DNA of 63,876 nt, filler included, from Candidatus Tectimicrobiota bacterium (GTDB lineage: Bacteria; JACPSX01), in NCBI GenBank assembly GCA_016193065.1. It is 10 parts of 10 records of this genome, joined end to end, with 100 filler letters (N's around TTAATTAATTAA, not from the genome) between each part and the next. Parts side by side here need not be neighbours in the genome. Positions count along the whole stretch, not along the records: positions 11,279 to 24,192 come from JACPSX010000230.1; positions 24,293 to 28,347 come from JACPSX010000231.1; positions 28,448 to 35,684 come from JACPSX010000232.1; 7 more parts are not named here. One strand, 5' to 3'. The notes beneath the pieces are model-generated. The model was not told the DNA's origin, searched no databases, and saw only the letters and a program-made list of their open reading frames with translations. Positions 23,172 to 33,228 of this stretch are shown one piece after another. Position numbers and translations under genes: made by a program. Each line of letters opens with the position of its first letter. Positions within the stretch are counted from its first letter, which is position 1.

Positions 23172-23247
23172 CCTGCCTGTGCGGACACGCAGACAGGCGA
23201 ACCGGGGTTTGGCAAGCCTCCCTGCCTGTGCCGGCACGGCAGACAGG
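23172..23247 (+). repeat. Two CCTGCCTGTG...CAGACAGG hairpins (26 and 27 bp) between convergent genes
   Basis: 23172-23197 and 23221-23247. Confidence 0.9.
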
Positions 23248-23276
23248 TCAATCCGCCAGGTCGGTGTCTTTGAGAA

Positions 23277-24192
23277 TTAAAACGTTTTCCCCTCTCGAAT
23301 CCAGTGCGCCACCTCCTTTGCAGAGTAGGTCAAAATCAGATCCGCTCCTGCCCGCTTGATGCTGTGCAGAACCTCCCAGACGGCGCGGTCGCGATCGATC
23401 CACCCTTTCTCCCCGGCGGCCATGATCATGGAGTATTCCCCGCTCACATTGTAGGCTGCCAGAGGAAGCGGAAAGCGGTCCCGGATCCGGGCCAAGACAT
23501 CTAGATAGGCCAGGGCCGGCTTCACCATGACGATGTCGGCCCCTTCCTCCACATCGAGTTCCACTTCCCGGAAGGCCTCCCGGACGTTGCAAGGATCCAT
23601 CTGATAGGATCTGCGGTCTCCAAACTGCGGGGCGCTGTCCGCAGCCTCCCGGAAAGGACCGTAAAAACAAGAAGCGTACTTGGCCGCATAGGACATGATC
23701 GGGATCTGTTCATAACCTGCCCCATCGAGACGCCTGCGAATGTGGGCCACCCGACCGTCCATCATATCCGAGGGCGCCACCAGGTCGGCTCCCGCCACCG
23801 CGTGGGAGAGGGCCATCTCCCCCAGGACTTCCAGGGTGAGGTCGTTGTCCACATCCCCGTCCCGGATGATGCCGCAGTGACCATGGGAGGTGTATTCATC
23901 CACGCACACGTCGGTCACCACCGCAACGGCGGGGAGTGCCGCCTTGATGGACCGAATCGCCTGCTGCACCACCCCCTCCGGGTTGTACGCCTCGGAACCC
24001 CGCTCATCTTTCCGGGCCGGGATGCCGAACAGGATCACCGCCTTGATCCCCACGCTGTGAGCCTCGGCAACCTCTTCCAGCAGATGGTCCACAGACATTC
24101 GGTACTGTCCCGGCATGGAGGAAATTCCCTGTCGAACACCTCGACCGTAGGTGACGAAAAGCGGATAGATCAGGTCGTCTACATGAAGGGTC
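23277..24192 (-). CDS. hemB: Porphobilinogen synthase, 5' truncated
   Basis: [52 protein letters not shown]. Confidence 0.96.
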
Positions 24193-24292
24193 NNNNNNNN
24201 NNNNNNNNNNNNNNNNNNNNNNNNNNNNNNNNNNNNTTAATTAATTAANNNNNNNNNNNNNNNNNNNNNNNNNNNNNNNNNNNNNNNNNNNN

Positions 24293-25063
24293 GATGTGGC
24301 CCAAGTCGTTCTTTTGCGTGTCGCGCAAATAGTGACCGAGGGCCCCACCAGCGCCGATGGCCAGGTCGCGTCCCTCGCAACCGAAACCCTGTAGTGACAG
24401 CGCGTGCAATTGCTCCAGGAGGATCGTTCGGGCCCGGACAGGCTCGGCAGTCCACCGCGGGTAAGAGTTCAGAGAAGCCCCCAGCTCGCGGCATCCGACC
24501 TCCAGAAGGGGAAGCTCCCGTCCGACCGGGTCCGGAAGGAGAATCTCCCGACCCCGCAGGCGAAAGCACTCGGCCACCAGGTCCTTTTCCGCCCCTTCCC
24601 CGGTGAACTCGGCAACGTAGAAATCACCCGTGGTGAGGTCGATGACGGCCATGCCGACCTCTTTTGAAGTGGGGAGCACGGCGACAATGAACTGGTTCTC
24701 CTTGCTCTCCAGGAGAGCGGACGAGAACTGGGTCCCCGGGGTTACCACGCGCACTACGTCCCGGTTGACCAATCCCTTTGCCTCGCTGGCTTCCTCCATC
24801 TGCTCGCAGATCGCCACCTTGTGTCCCGCCTTGATCAGGCGGGCCACGTAAGATTCGGCGGCGTGAAACGGGATCCCGCACATGGGGACCGGCTGCTCGG
24901 CCTGCTTGTTGCGGGAGGTCAGGGCGATATCGAGGATCTTGGAGGCCAGAAGGGCATCCTCATTGAACATCTCGTAAAAGTCCCCCATCCGGAAAAACAA
25001 AACCGCATCCGGGTATTGCCCCTTGATGCGGTAGTACTGCTCCATCATCGGGGAACTGGTCAT
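24293..25063 (-). CDS. mutS: DNA mismatch repair protein MutS, 5' part
   Basis: PMMEQY, FRMGDFYEMF, PMCGIPFH, VAICEQ, VRVVTPGT. Confidence 0.96.
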
Positions 25064-25293
25064 CTTGGAACAACTCCTGAGAAAAGAAAGAGTTAATTTT
25101 TGTCCGCTCACTATAACACAGCTCCTGAGCCCGGTAAACTCCACCCCTTTTCTTGAGGAGAGCAGTCAGCATTCAGGCTGAGATCTGGAAAACAAGGCTC
25201 CCGGAGTTCTTTTCCAGCCCGAGAAACTGGGTTATGATGGGTCTCGGCTCCATACGAAAAGCGGTCCAGTCCACACATCACGGCGGGGAGACT

Positions 25294-27732
25294 ATGTCGC
25301 CCCATCCTCTCCTGGCTCTGTTGTTTCTCCACCTGGGAACGATTCTTGTCTGCAGGCGTCCCTCAGCACCGGGCCTGGCGCTGGCCGCGGTGAGTTACGG
25401 CGCCGCGTTCTGGTTCCTCGTGGATCGCAGGCGCCGGCGTGTGAGCCTGCCGCTGATCCTTTTTGCCCTGTTGGGGTTGGCTCTTAGCTGGCTTCGGATC
25501 GATTACCGTCCATCCAATCCTGCCGGCCACTGGGATCTGCGCGGGGCCGTTGACCTGCTGGCCAAGGTCGCCGAGCCTCCAGAAGCGGACTCCCGACAAG
25601 TTAGGGTTGATCTGCAGGCCATCGGTGCCTTTGATACTTTCACCTACCTCCCCCTGAATGGCGGGGTCCGTTTGTCTCTTTACTTTCCTGAGACCCGGGT
25701 TCGGTACGGGGACACGATTCTCGTGCGCCAGGTAAAACTTCACCGTCCCAGGCCCTATCAAAACCCGGGCGCGTTTGACCTCGGCAGCTACCTGGAGGCC
25801 CGGGGCATTCAGCTCACGGGAGGAGTCAGCCGGGATGAACGGATCACGATCCTGGAGCGCAATGGAGGTTCCCCGCTCTGGAGAGAAATCTATGCCCAGC
25901 GCGGACAGATGATCTCGTTTATTGATACACACCCGGAAGGTGAGGCGCGGGCGATCTTCAAGGCGATGGTTCTGGGGATCACGGGCGACTTGACCCCGGC
26001 GATTCGCGAGTCCTTTGCAGCCGCAGGAACGGCTCACCTCCTGGCCATTTCGGGTCTCAACGCCGGCTTTGTGGCCGTGCTCTTCTATCATCTCTTGCGC
26101 TTCCTTCTGCGTGCCCTCTGGTTTCCTCCCTTTGGGCCTTTGGGGCTGCCGGCTCGCCCCTCCAAAGTGGCCGCCTTGCTCACGGTGATCCCGGTCCTCT
26201 ACTACTTTGCCATTGCGGACTGGAGCGCTTCCATCTTTCGGGCCACGATCATGGTCCTGTTTTACCTCGTCTACTTCGCCCTGGCCCGGGACCGGTCGTT
26301 GCACGAAGTTTTGGCTCTGGCCGCCCTCGTCATTCTCTTCTGGCAACCCGCTTCCCTGTTCGACATCGGCTTTCAGCTCTCTTTCCTATCGGTTCTCGCG
26401 ATCATCTCTTCAGTTCCGGTTACGAGAGTTAAAGAGGAAGACACCACAGAACCCAGGCAGTGGAAGAGGAAACTCCTGGAGCATGGAAAGAGATGGGTAA
26501 AGACGAGCCTTCTTGCCACCTTCTGGGCCACGATGGGGACCCTTCCTCTGGTCCTGTACTACTTCAATCGCTTGAGCCTGATTGGACTGCCCGCCAATCT
26601 CATCACGGTTCCTCTGGGCTCTCTCATTGTTCCCGTCGGGTTTGTGAGTCTCCTTCTTTCTCTCTTGTCCGAGAGTCTGGCCCAGCCTCTTTTTGCTCTT
26701 GCCTTCCTGCTCTCTCGCTTCCTGATGTGGACGACGGACTTCTTTGCCGGCCTTCCCGGCGCCTCGATCCGCCTGCCGACTCCTTCGGTCCTGGCCATCG
26801 GTATCTTCTACCTGGGACTGGTTTCGTGGTGGATCTTGCGGGGGAAACGCTGGCGGGTCCCCTGTTCTCTGGTCCCGGTGGGGCTTTCGGTCCTCGTGTT
26901 CTTGTGGCCCACTCTGTTTCCAGACAAGAGCCGGGTGATGACGGTCTCTTTCATCGACGTGGGCCAGGGAGAATCGTCCCTGATCCGCTTCCCGGACGGG
27001 CGCAAATTACTGATCGACGGAGGAGGCTCTTTCGATGGGAACTTTGATTTTGGAGAGCGAGTGGTGGGGCCGTTTCTCTGGCGCCAGCAGATCACAAAAC
27101 TCGACACGGTGACGGTGACTCACCCACAGTCCGACCACGCCGGAGGTCTCCCCTCGATTCTCCGGAACTTCACCGTGGGGAGCTTCTGGACCGGGACGGG
27201 GGACCGGCGCTACGCGGCGCTGGCCCTGGCAGCCCGGGGGCGGACCCCATGGCGGGTCAGCCGGCCCGGAGAGGTTTTACTGCAAGGGGATGATTTCGGG
27301 GTCCGTGTCCTGTGGCCCCCAGCAGAGGGTTTTTTCCCGCCACGCCGCAAGGGGGGCTCGGACAACAACAATTCCCTGGTCCTCAAGGTCTATTTTCAAG
27401 GAGTCTCAATTCTGTTCACGGGGGATCTGGAAGAGGCAGGGGAGCGCGAGCTACTGCGCCGCTACACGACCGCGGAATTGCGAAGCACGGTCCTCAAGGT
27501 ATCCCACCACGGCAGCAAAACGGGGACGCTGCGGGAGTTTCTTGCCACGGTGCAGCCCGAGGTGGGGATGATTTCGGTGGGTGCCTTCAATCCCTTCGGT
27601 CACCCCCACCCGTCTGTTCTGGACCGTCTTCGAGCGGCTGGAGTTCGCGTGTATCGCACCGACCACTATGGCGCCATCACATTTGAAACCGATGGCACAC
27701 GATGGCAGGTGAGTACCTTTCTTCCTCCTTGA
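25294..27732 (+). CDS. comEC: DNA uptake competence protein ComEC/Rec2
   Basis: NPGAFD, AHLLAISGLN, GFQLSF, DVGQG, THPQSDHAGG, FTGDLE, KVSHHGS, FGHPH. Confidence 0.94.
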   Translation: MSPHPLLALLFLHLGTILVCRRPSAPGLALAAVSYGAAFWFLVDRRRRRVSLPLILFALLGLALSWLRIDYRPSNPAGHWDLRGAVDLLAKVAEPPEADSRQVRVDLQAIGAFDTFTYLPLNGGVRLSLYFPETRVRYGDTILVRQVKLHRPRPYQNPGAFDLGSYLEARGIQLTGGVSRDERITILERNGGSPLWREIYAQRGQMISFIDTHPEGEARAIFKAMVLGITGDLTPAIRESFAAAGTAHLLAISGLNAGFVAVLFYHLLRFLLRALWFPPFGPLGLPARPSKVAALLTVIPVLYYFAIADWSASIFRATIMVLFYLVYFALARDRSLHEVLALAALVILFWQPASLFDIGFQLSFLSVLAIISSVPVTRVKEEDTTEPRQWKRKLLEHGKRWVKTSLLATFWATMGTLPLVLYYFNRLSLIGLPANLITVPLGSLIVPVGFVSLLLSLLSESLAQPLFALAFLLSRFLMWTTDFFAGLPGASIRLPTPSVLAIGIFYLGLVSWWILRGKRWRVPCSLVPVGLSVLVFLWPTLFPDKSRVMTVSFIDVGQGESSLIRFPDGRKLLIDGGGSFDGNFDFGERVVGPFLWRQQITKLDTVTVTHPQSDHAGGLPSILRNFTVGSFWTGTGDRRYAALALAARGRTPWRVSRPGEVLLQGDDFGVRVLWPPAEGFFPPRRKGGSDNNNSLVLKVYFQGVSILFTGDLEEAGERELLRRYTTAELRSTVLKVSHHGSKTGTLREFLATVQPEVGMISVGAFNPFGHPHPSVLDRLRAAGVRVYRTDHYGAITFETDGTRWQVSTFLPP

Positions 27733-27760
27733 GAAGTTTCTGTTATGCCACCCGTCGGGC

Positions 27761-28309
27761 TTACTGGCCTCCGATCGACACATTGAAGCTGACCGATTCT
27801 TCCTTGTACGGTGACGGGATGTACACCAGATCGAGGCGGATCTCCTTGAGCTTCTTTGCCTTCAGGGCTTCGGCGGGGAAGTCCACTTCCATGGACTGGG
27901 TCGCATCCTTCCCGGGGTCGAGCGACTCGGCACCGTACGATGAGAACTTGAGGGTCGGCTCGGTCCGTTCCTTCGCGAGCTTGATAGGCTGCCCTTGGGC
28001 ATCGATGTACAGGATCTTTCCCCCAATAAGGCGGACACTCTGATCCTTAGAGCTATTCTTCAGCACGAGCTTCCCCGTGAGCTTCGCCGGAGAGACGAGG
28101 CGGCCGGAGCCCTTCTCGACCCGCTCCGTGACCTTCATCTCCGTGACCTCGCCCGTGACGATCCCGGCCTTCACCGTCACCGCGGCCGGCGTTACCGTGT
28201 AGACTTTATCCTCGATCACCACTGCCGTTCCTGACGGCTGCTGGGAGCAGCCGACGGTGATCGCCGCCACAGCCGTGGTCACCATCATCACACCTATCCA
28301 TTTCCACAT
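27761..28309 (-). CDS. Hypothetical lipoprotein, beta-rich
   Basis: Lipobox TVGC, strong GGAGG RBS, coding-like codon usage. Confidence 0.8.
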   Translation of the reverse strand: MWKWIGVMMVTTAVAAITVGCSQQPSGTAVVIEDKVYTVTPAAVTVKAGIVTGEVTEMKVTERVEKGSGRLVSPAKLTGKLVLKNSSKDQSVRLIGGKILYIDAQGQPIKLAKERTEPTLKFSSYGAESLDPGKDATQSMEVDFPAEALKAKKLKEIRLDLVYIPSPYKEESVSFNVSIGGQ

Positions 28310-28447
28310 CGCCGCCTCCTTCTCGCAAAGGCGCTGATCGTCAGCGCNNNNNNNNNNNNNNNNNNNNNNNNNNNNNNNNNNNNNNNNNNNNTTAATTAAT
28401 TAANNNNNNNNNNNNNNNNNNNNNNNNNNNNNNNNNNNNNNNNNNNN

Positions 28448-28686
28448 ACCCGCAAGGCGGGTGCCCGCTTTTTCGGAGCCGTGACTTTCTTGGCGGTACT
28501 GAGGACCTTTGAATCCTGGTTGCTGTGCTGGATGGCATCCAATTGGTACGTTGTGGCGGCGCTGACAGCGGTAAGGCGATTCTGGTCCAACGTCGCGGAG
28601 GAAAGAAGCTTGGAGGACTGGCTGACGTTGCTCGTGACCAGCCGGTTCATGACATTGTTTACCGCGTTTACCGCCCGCAGCGCCAT
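28448..28686 (-). CDS. Hypothetical Ser/Thr/Asn/Ala-rich protein, 3' truncated
   Basis: GGGAGG RBS before MALRAVNAVNN; sigma28-like promoter upstream. Confidence 0.55.
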
Positions 28687-28913
28687 CTGAAAGCCTCCCT
28701 ATCGGGCCGCAATCACCCGATAATCGTATCGGGCGGGCGGGGGCATCACTTTAGGTTCTTCTCGTGTCGTGTCCGAGCCCTGTAGATCCATACCACTTCT
28801 CGTTGGAAAGGGGACTTTGTTTTTTCTTTTTAGCTGGCCGCAAGATGTGCGTTATATTAAAATAATCAGTGGCTTACCTGTTTCACTCCCGTGGAAACGA
28901 TTGGAGGAAATTC

Positions 28914-29456
28914 GTGCCAGAAGAATCTCAGAACCAAGAAACCAAATGGGAGCGCTGGCAAAAAGAGCGGGTCTTTGTGCGCTCCGTGGTCGGCAAGTAC
29001 GGGGAAGTCTACCGCCAGCTCCTCGCCCAGCCTCGGGTCTATAAGAGCAAGAAGGTCCCGTTCAAGGGCGGGCCCGTCAAATTCGGCAAGAACATCATCA
29101 ACCCCCAATCGGCGACTGTGACCCAGGCCGTCGAGACCCACATCGACGTGCTGGCGCCGGGCTCTTACGGGCAGCGCCACGGCCACATGAACAGTGCCGT
29201 CTTCTACATCCTGTCCGGCAAGGGGTATGACGTTCACGACGGCATCCGCTACGACTGGGAGGCCGGTGACGCCTGCATTGTGGAAAACGGCTGCGTCCAC
29301 CAGCATTTCAACGCAGACCCCAACCGGGAAGCCCGCATTCTAGTCTTCAAGGCCAAGCCGACCTTTCTCTTCTTCCACCTCATGTTTCAGAAAAACGTGC
29401 TTTATCCTCCGGCCTCCCCCCAACCGGGTTTTGAAGAGTTTAAGCCCGAAGAATAA
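28914..29456 (+). CDS. Cupin domain protein (3-His, gentisate dioxygenase-like half)
   Basis: HGHMNSAVFYILSGKG, WEAGD, HQHFN; GGAGG RBS before GTG. Confidence 0.85.
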   Translation: MPEESQNQETKWERWQKERVFVRSVVGKYGEVYRQLLAQPRVYKSKKVPFKGGPVKFGKNIINPQSATVTQAVETHIDVLAPGSYGQRHGHMNSAVFYILSGKGYDVHDGIRYDWEAGDACIVENGCVHQHFNADPNREARILVFKAKPTFLFFHLMFQKNVLYPPASPQPGFEEFKPEE

Positions 29457-29473
29457 GCAGCAAGGAGATCACC

Positions 29474-30025
29474 ATGCCTTACGAAGAAGCAAAGTGGTCC
29501 AAGAACGAGGGGGATCTGTGCAGATATTACGAGGAGGCGCTCCAGGAATCCCAGCAATTCAGGCAGGACTACAGGAAACGCAAGGGCGTGATCAAGGCCT
29601 CCGAAATGCCCGTGGAGAAGAGCCGACAGGGGATCCTGAAGCACGTGGTGAACGAGAAGATGAACACCCGGGAGTGCTGCCTGGACATCTACCAGCAGTT
29701 TCTTCCCCCGGCCGGGCGGTCGGGAAAACACCGCCACATGTCGGAAGAGGTTTTTTTCGTCCTGGAGGGCAGAGGGTACGATCTGCACTGGGATGTGAGT
29801 TTTGACTGCCAGGAGGAATACATCTGGGATTGGGAAAAGGAGCCCAAGAAATTCGAATGGGAAGAAGGGGACTTCGTCTACGTTCCTCCCTTTAGCATCC
29901 ATCAGCATTTCAACGGAGATCCTCAGAAACCGGCACGGATCATCTCCGCCACCAGCCGGATCGTGAAGGCCATCGGTTTTGACTGGTTGGACCAGATCGA
30001 GGACGCCCCTCAGGAGGAATGCTAG
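29474..30025 (+). CDS. Cupin domain protein (3-His-1-Glu)
   Basis: HRHMSEEVFFVLEGRG, WEEGD, HQHFN. Confidence 0.85.
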   Translation: MPYEEAKWSKNEGDLCRYYEEALQESQQFRQDYRKRKGVIKASEMPVEKSRQGILKHVVNEKMNTRECCLDIYQQFLPPAGRSGKHRHMSEEVFFVLEGRGYDLHWDVSFDCQEEYIWDWEKEPKKFEWEEGDFVYVPPFSIHQHFNGDPQKPARIISATSRIVKAIGFDWLDQIEDAPQEEC

Positions 30026-30170
30026 TGCCGTTCCAACTATTTGTACCAAGCTACTCGTCTCAGACGATTGTCATCTTCATCACAAGGCATGCCGCTCACA
30101 TCCGGCACTTCAGTTGGAACGGTACTAGGGCTTCAGGTTCGCAACTCACTTTAAGCGGGAGGTAAGAACA

Positions 30171-31196
30171 ATGAGACTCTTCCGTTTTCCAGGAACTTTT
30201 TCCGCGCTGTGGATCGCCACTACCCTTCTGGTGAGCGCCTTGCCGGCAGCCGCTTCCCAGAGCGAAGTGGATTTCTTCAAAGGAAAGGTTCTCACTTATG
30301 TCGTGGCCACCAAGCCTGGCGGGGGATATGACACGTACGCCCGTCTCATCGGCAAGTATCTGGAAAGGCACCTCGGTGCCACCGTGGTGATCAAGAACGT
30401 GCCGGGAGCAGGCCACATCATCGGGGCCAATCAACTCTACTCGGCCAAGCCCGACGGGCTTACCATCGGGACATTCAACACCGGGCTCATCATTGCCCAA
30501 CTGGTGAACCAGCCGGGGATCAAGTTTGACTTAAGAAAATTTACCTGGGTGGGCAAGGCGGCCACCGACGCCCGGGTCATTTACGTCGGCACAAAAGCTC
30601 CCTTCAAGACCTTCCAGGATGCGCTGAAGGCGAAACAGATCATCCTGGGATCTTCCGGAGTCGGTGCCTCCGATTACAACGAGGCGCTGATGATTGGAGA
30701 GGCTTTCGGGCTTCCGGTCAAGGTCATCACCGGATACGCGGGCAAGGAAGCGGAGCTGGCCATCATCCGCGGGGAGATCGATGGGCAGGTCCAATCCTAC
30801 AGCAGCATCGAATCCTACATTAAGAGCGGGCAGGGAAGAGTCTTGCTCCAAATCGCGGACAAGAAGCACCCGGATCTACCCAACGTGCCTCTGGCTTCCG
30901 ACATCGTACCCGCCCGTGGAAAAAAGCTGATTGACTTGATCGTGGCCACATCCTCCTCCCTGCAGCGTCTCACGATCGCCCCTCCGGGAGTCCCGGCGGG
31001 ACGACTGCAGACTCTAATTGCTGCCTACACGAGTGCGCTGTCCGATCCTCAACTTCTCGCGGACGCCGAGAAGGCTCAGCTTCCAATCGAGCCCCTCTAT
31101 GGAGAGGAAGTTGGCAAATTGATCAACCATGCTCTGGATCAACCGGCGGAAAACCTGGCGCTCCTGAAAAAGATCATCAAGATGGAGGGGAACTAG
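30171..31196 (+). CDS. Tripartite tricarboxylate transporter substrate-binding protein (TctC/Bug)
   Basis: PGGGYDTYAR, NVPGAG, PDGLTI, GYAG, RGEIDG; signal peptide. Confidence 0.9.
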   Translation: MRLFRFPGTFSALWIATTLLVSALPAAASQSEVDFFKGKVLTYVVATKPGGGYDTYARLIGKYLERHLGATVVIKNVPGAGHIIGANQLYSAKPDGLTIGTFNTGLIIAQLVNQPGIKFDLRKFTWVGKAATDARVIYVGTKAPFKTFQDALKAKQIILGSSGVGASDYNEALMIGEAFGLPVKVITGYAGKEAELAIIRGEIDGQVQSYSSIESYIKSGQGRVLLQIADKKHPDLPNVPLASDIVPARGKKLIDLIVATSSSLQRLTIAPPGVPAGRLQTLIAAYTSALSDPQLLADAEKAQLPIEPLYGEEVGKLINHALDQPAENLALLKKIIKMEGN

Positions 31197-31385
31197 GATC
31201 CGCCAGAGGAAAGAGTTCGGGACTTACTCCCTTTTTCCAGATCTGAGCTCATCCCAGGCGACGGACCCGGAAGTGCCTAGGGGTATTTCTTTGCCCGAAC
31301 CGGGCCGCCGCAGATGCCTGCCCTTATCCCAAGCGGAGAAAAATCCGGGCGATCTTGAGACGGGAACCTCCACCAGGAATTTCGT

Positions 31386-31412
31386 TCAGGTTTTCCCGAA
31401 CTCGGTCGAAAA
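31386..31412 (+). promoter_or_regulatory. Sigma28-like promoter
   Basis: TCAG-N15-GTCGAAAA versus consensus TAAA-N15-GCCGATAA. Confidence 0.4.
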
Positions 31413-31479
31413 TTAAAGGTGGCAGGGGGATTTCTCCCCCCATTCGTCCACCCGTCCGGCGGGTTGGCAGGAGAGCAAC

Positions 31480-32124
31480 GTGCCCGTCAAAGAGTTGCAC
31501 ATCCTTCTAGTGGAAAACGAACCGGAAATTTGCGAATCCGCGAAAAGGACCCTCGGCAACTGCAGCTTCCAGGTCTCTGTAGCAAACACCTATCTCCAGG
31601 CCCTCCGGTTTCTGGAAAAGGAATCCTGTGACGTCTGCCTGGTCGATCTATCCCTGGCGGAAATGGAGGGCATGGAATTCCTGGAAGCAATCTTCCTCCG
31701 CCACCCCAATATCAAGGTCGTCCTCTTGACCGGCCACGAAACCGTGGACAAGGCAATTGAGGCCACGAGAAAGGGCGCTTACGACTACGTCTTGAAGCCA
31801 ATTCATCCCGAGGAACTCCTCTTGCGGCTGGATCGTCTGCGCTGCTTTGCAGAGTTGCTGGAGGAAAACCGCTTCCTCCGGCAGGAAAGAACAGTAGGAA
31901 ATCTGCCTGCGGGGATCTGCCTTCCCCAGCAGGGAAACGGTTTGAACCCTTCTTCTCTAAAAGAGGCCAAGTCCCAGTTTGAGAGCGATTTTTTGGCACA
32001 CACACTGGCGCGCTGTCGCGGAAACATCTCGCACTCCGCCCGGGTCCTGAAGATCGCCCGCAAGAACCTTCAAAACAAGATCAAGCAGTTTGGGCTCCAC
32101 CCTGATCTGTACCGCTCCCGGTAA
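31480..32124 (+). CDS. Response regulator, REC plus Fis-type HTH, no AAA+ domain
   Basis: VDLSL, LLTGH, GAYDYVLKP, then GNISHSARVLKIARKNLQNKIKQFG. Confidence 0.85.
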   Translation: MPVKELHILLVENEPEICESAKRTLGNCSFQVSVANTYLQALRFLEKESCDVCLVDLSLAEMEGMEFLEAIFLRHPNIKVVLLTGHETVDKAIEATRKGAYDYVLKPIHPEELLLRLDRLRCFAELLEENRFLRQERTVGNLPAGICLPQQGNGLNPSSLKEAKSQFESDFLAHTLARCRGNISHSARVLKIARKNLQNKIKQFGLHPDLYRSR

Positions 32125-32205
32125 GGCGCTCCTGTTGCATCTTCCAGCCGTGAAGCTCTCGCAGTTCTCAACCTACCTTGCTTTACCCTAGCCTGAGAAT
32201 GGGGT

Positions 32206-32232
32206 TAAGTTTTCAGAGAAATACTCCGAAAA
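32206..32232 (+). promoter_or_regulatory. Sigma28-like promoter
   Basis: TAAG-N15-TCCGAAAA. Confidence 0.4.
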
Positions 32233-32300
32233 CAGTCCTGTCGGAACTGACAACCCAGAGGGATCGGCAGGTCAACCAAGCCCTTACGGATGCGGGAAGT

Positions 32301-33104
32301 ATGCCGACTCTTGCAAAAACACCAGGAGAACACTCCGTGATCCTCGCTGCAGGGGAACTGCCGCCAATCATTTACCAACCCGCACAAAGCGAGCCAGCCC
32401 GAGTTTTGGTGGTCGATGATGATCCGCTCGTCCTCGCCAGTCTCAGAACGGTGCTCTCAGGGGAAGGATACAGGGTAGCGACAGCCTCCTCCGGGGGGGA
32501 GGCGCTCTCTCTCCTGAACCGCGAGGGGCAGGATCTCATGGTCGTCGATATCCGCATGGAAAGCATGAACGGCTTGGAGGTCTTGAAACACGTCAAGGCG
32601 CGCTGGCCCACCACAGTGGTGATCCTGCTGACCGCCTATCAGACTGTGAACTCGGCGGTGGAGGCCATTCACTACGGCGCCTACGACTATCTGCTGAAAC
32701 CCTGCAACCCCGAACATTTGAAAATTGTCATCCAGCGGGGTTTGGAAAAGAAAAAAACGGAACAGGACTACCGCCGGATGCTGGATCTTCTGCAAAAAAT
32801 CGTCTCGTGCCTCCCTCTGGGGGTGGTTGTGCTGGACAAGAAGGGGACCCTGGTGCTGCTCAATCCCGTGGCTGAAAGGCTTCTGGGAGTCAACGGATCC
32901 CGGCTGGGCCAATCTTTCGGTACAGTCCTGGAAGAGCTGCCGGCGGACCTGAAAGAAGTGCTGCTGCCCCTCCTTGCCGAAGGCCCCGCAGGGACAGGAG
33001 CCGACATGCGGGAAAGTGAAACAGCCGGCAACGGCCTGCGCATCCAGACCCGCTCCTGCCCCATGGGAACTCTGCTGTTGCTCGATGAGCAAGCCCGGCT
33101 CTGA
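32301..33104 (+). CDS. Response regulator, REC plus PAS-like domain
   Basis: VLVVDDD, VDIRM, GAYDYLLKP, then LPLGVVVLD...NPVAERLLG; start uncertain. Confidence 0.85.
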   Translation: MPTLAKTPGEHSVILAAGELPPIIYQPAQSEPARVLVVDDDPLVLASLRTVLSGEGYRVATASSGGEALSLLNREGQDLMVVDIRMESMNGLEVLKHVKARWPTTVVILLTAYQTVNSAVEAIHYGAYDYLLKPCNPEHLKIVIQRGLEKKKTEQDYRRMLDLLQKIVSCLPLGVVVLDKKGTLVLLNPVAERLLGVNGSRLGQSFGTVLEELPADLKEVLLPLLAEGPAGTGADMRESETAGNGLRIQTRSCPMGTLLLLDEQARL

Positions 33105-33228
33105 ATCCGCCAGCGCAAGACTTCTCCAGCGAGCCCCGGCCCTCATCTCTTGACCTGCGAAATCCCCGGATGGTAGTATCCTGTTGCAGCATCGCTTTCC
33201 GAGAACAGACCAGCAGGAGAGAACATTC

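Noticed and set aside
23172-23247. Repeat-spacer-repeat resembling a mini CRISPR array
   Set aside because: Only two non-identical units of a dispersed family; no cas genes or leader
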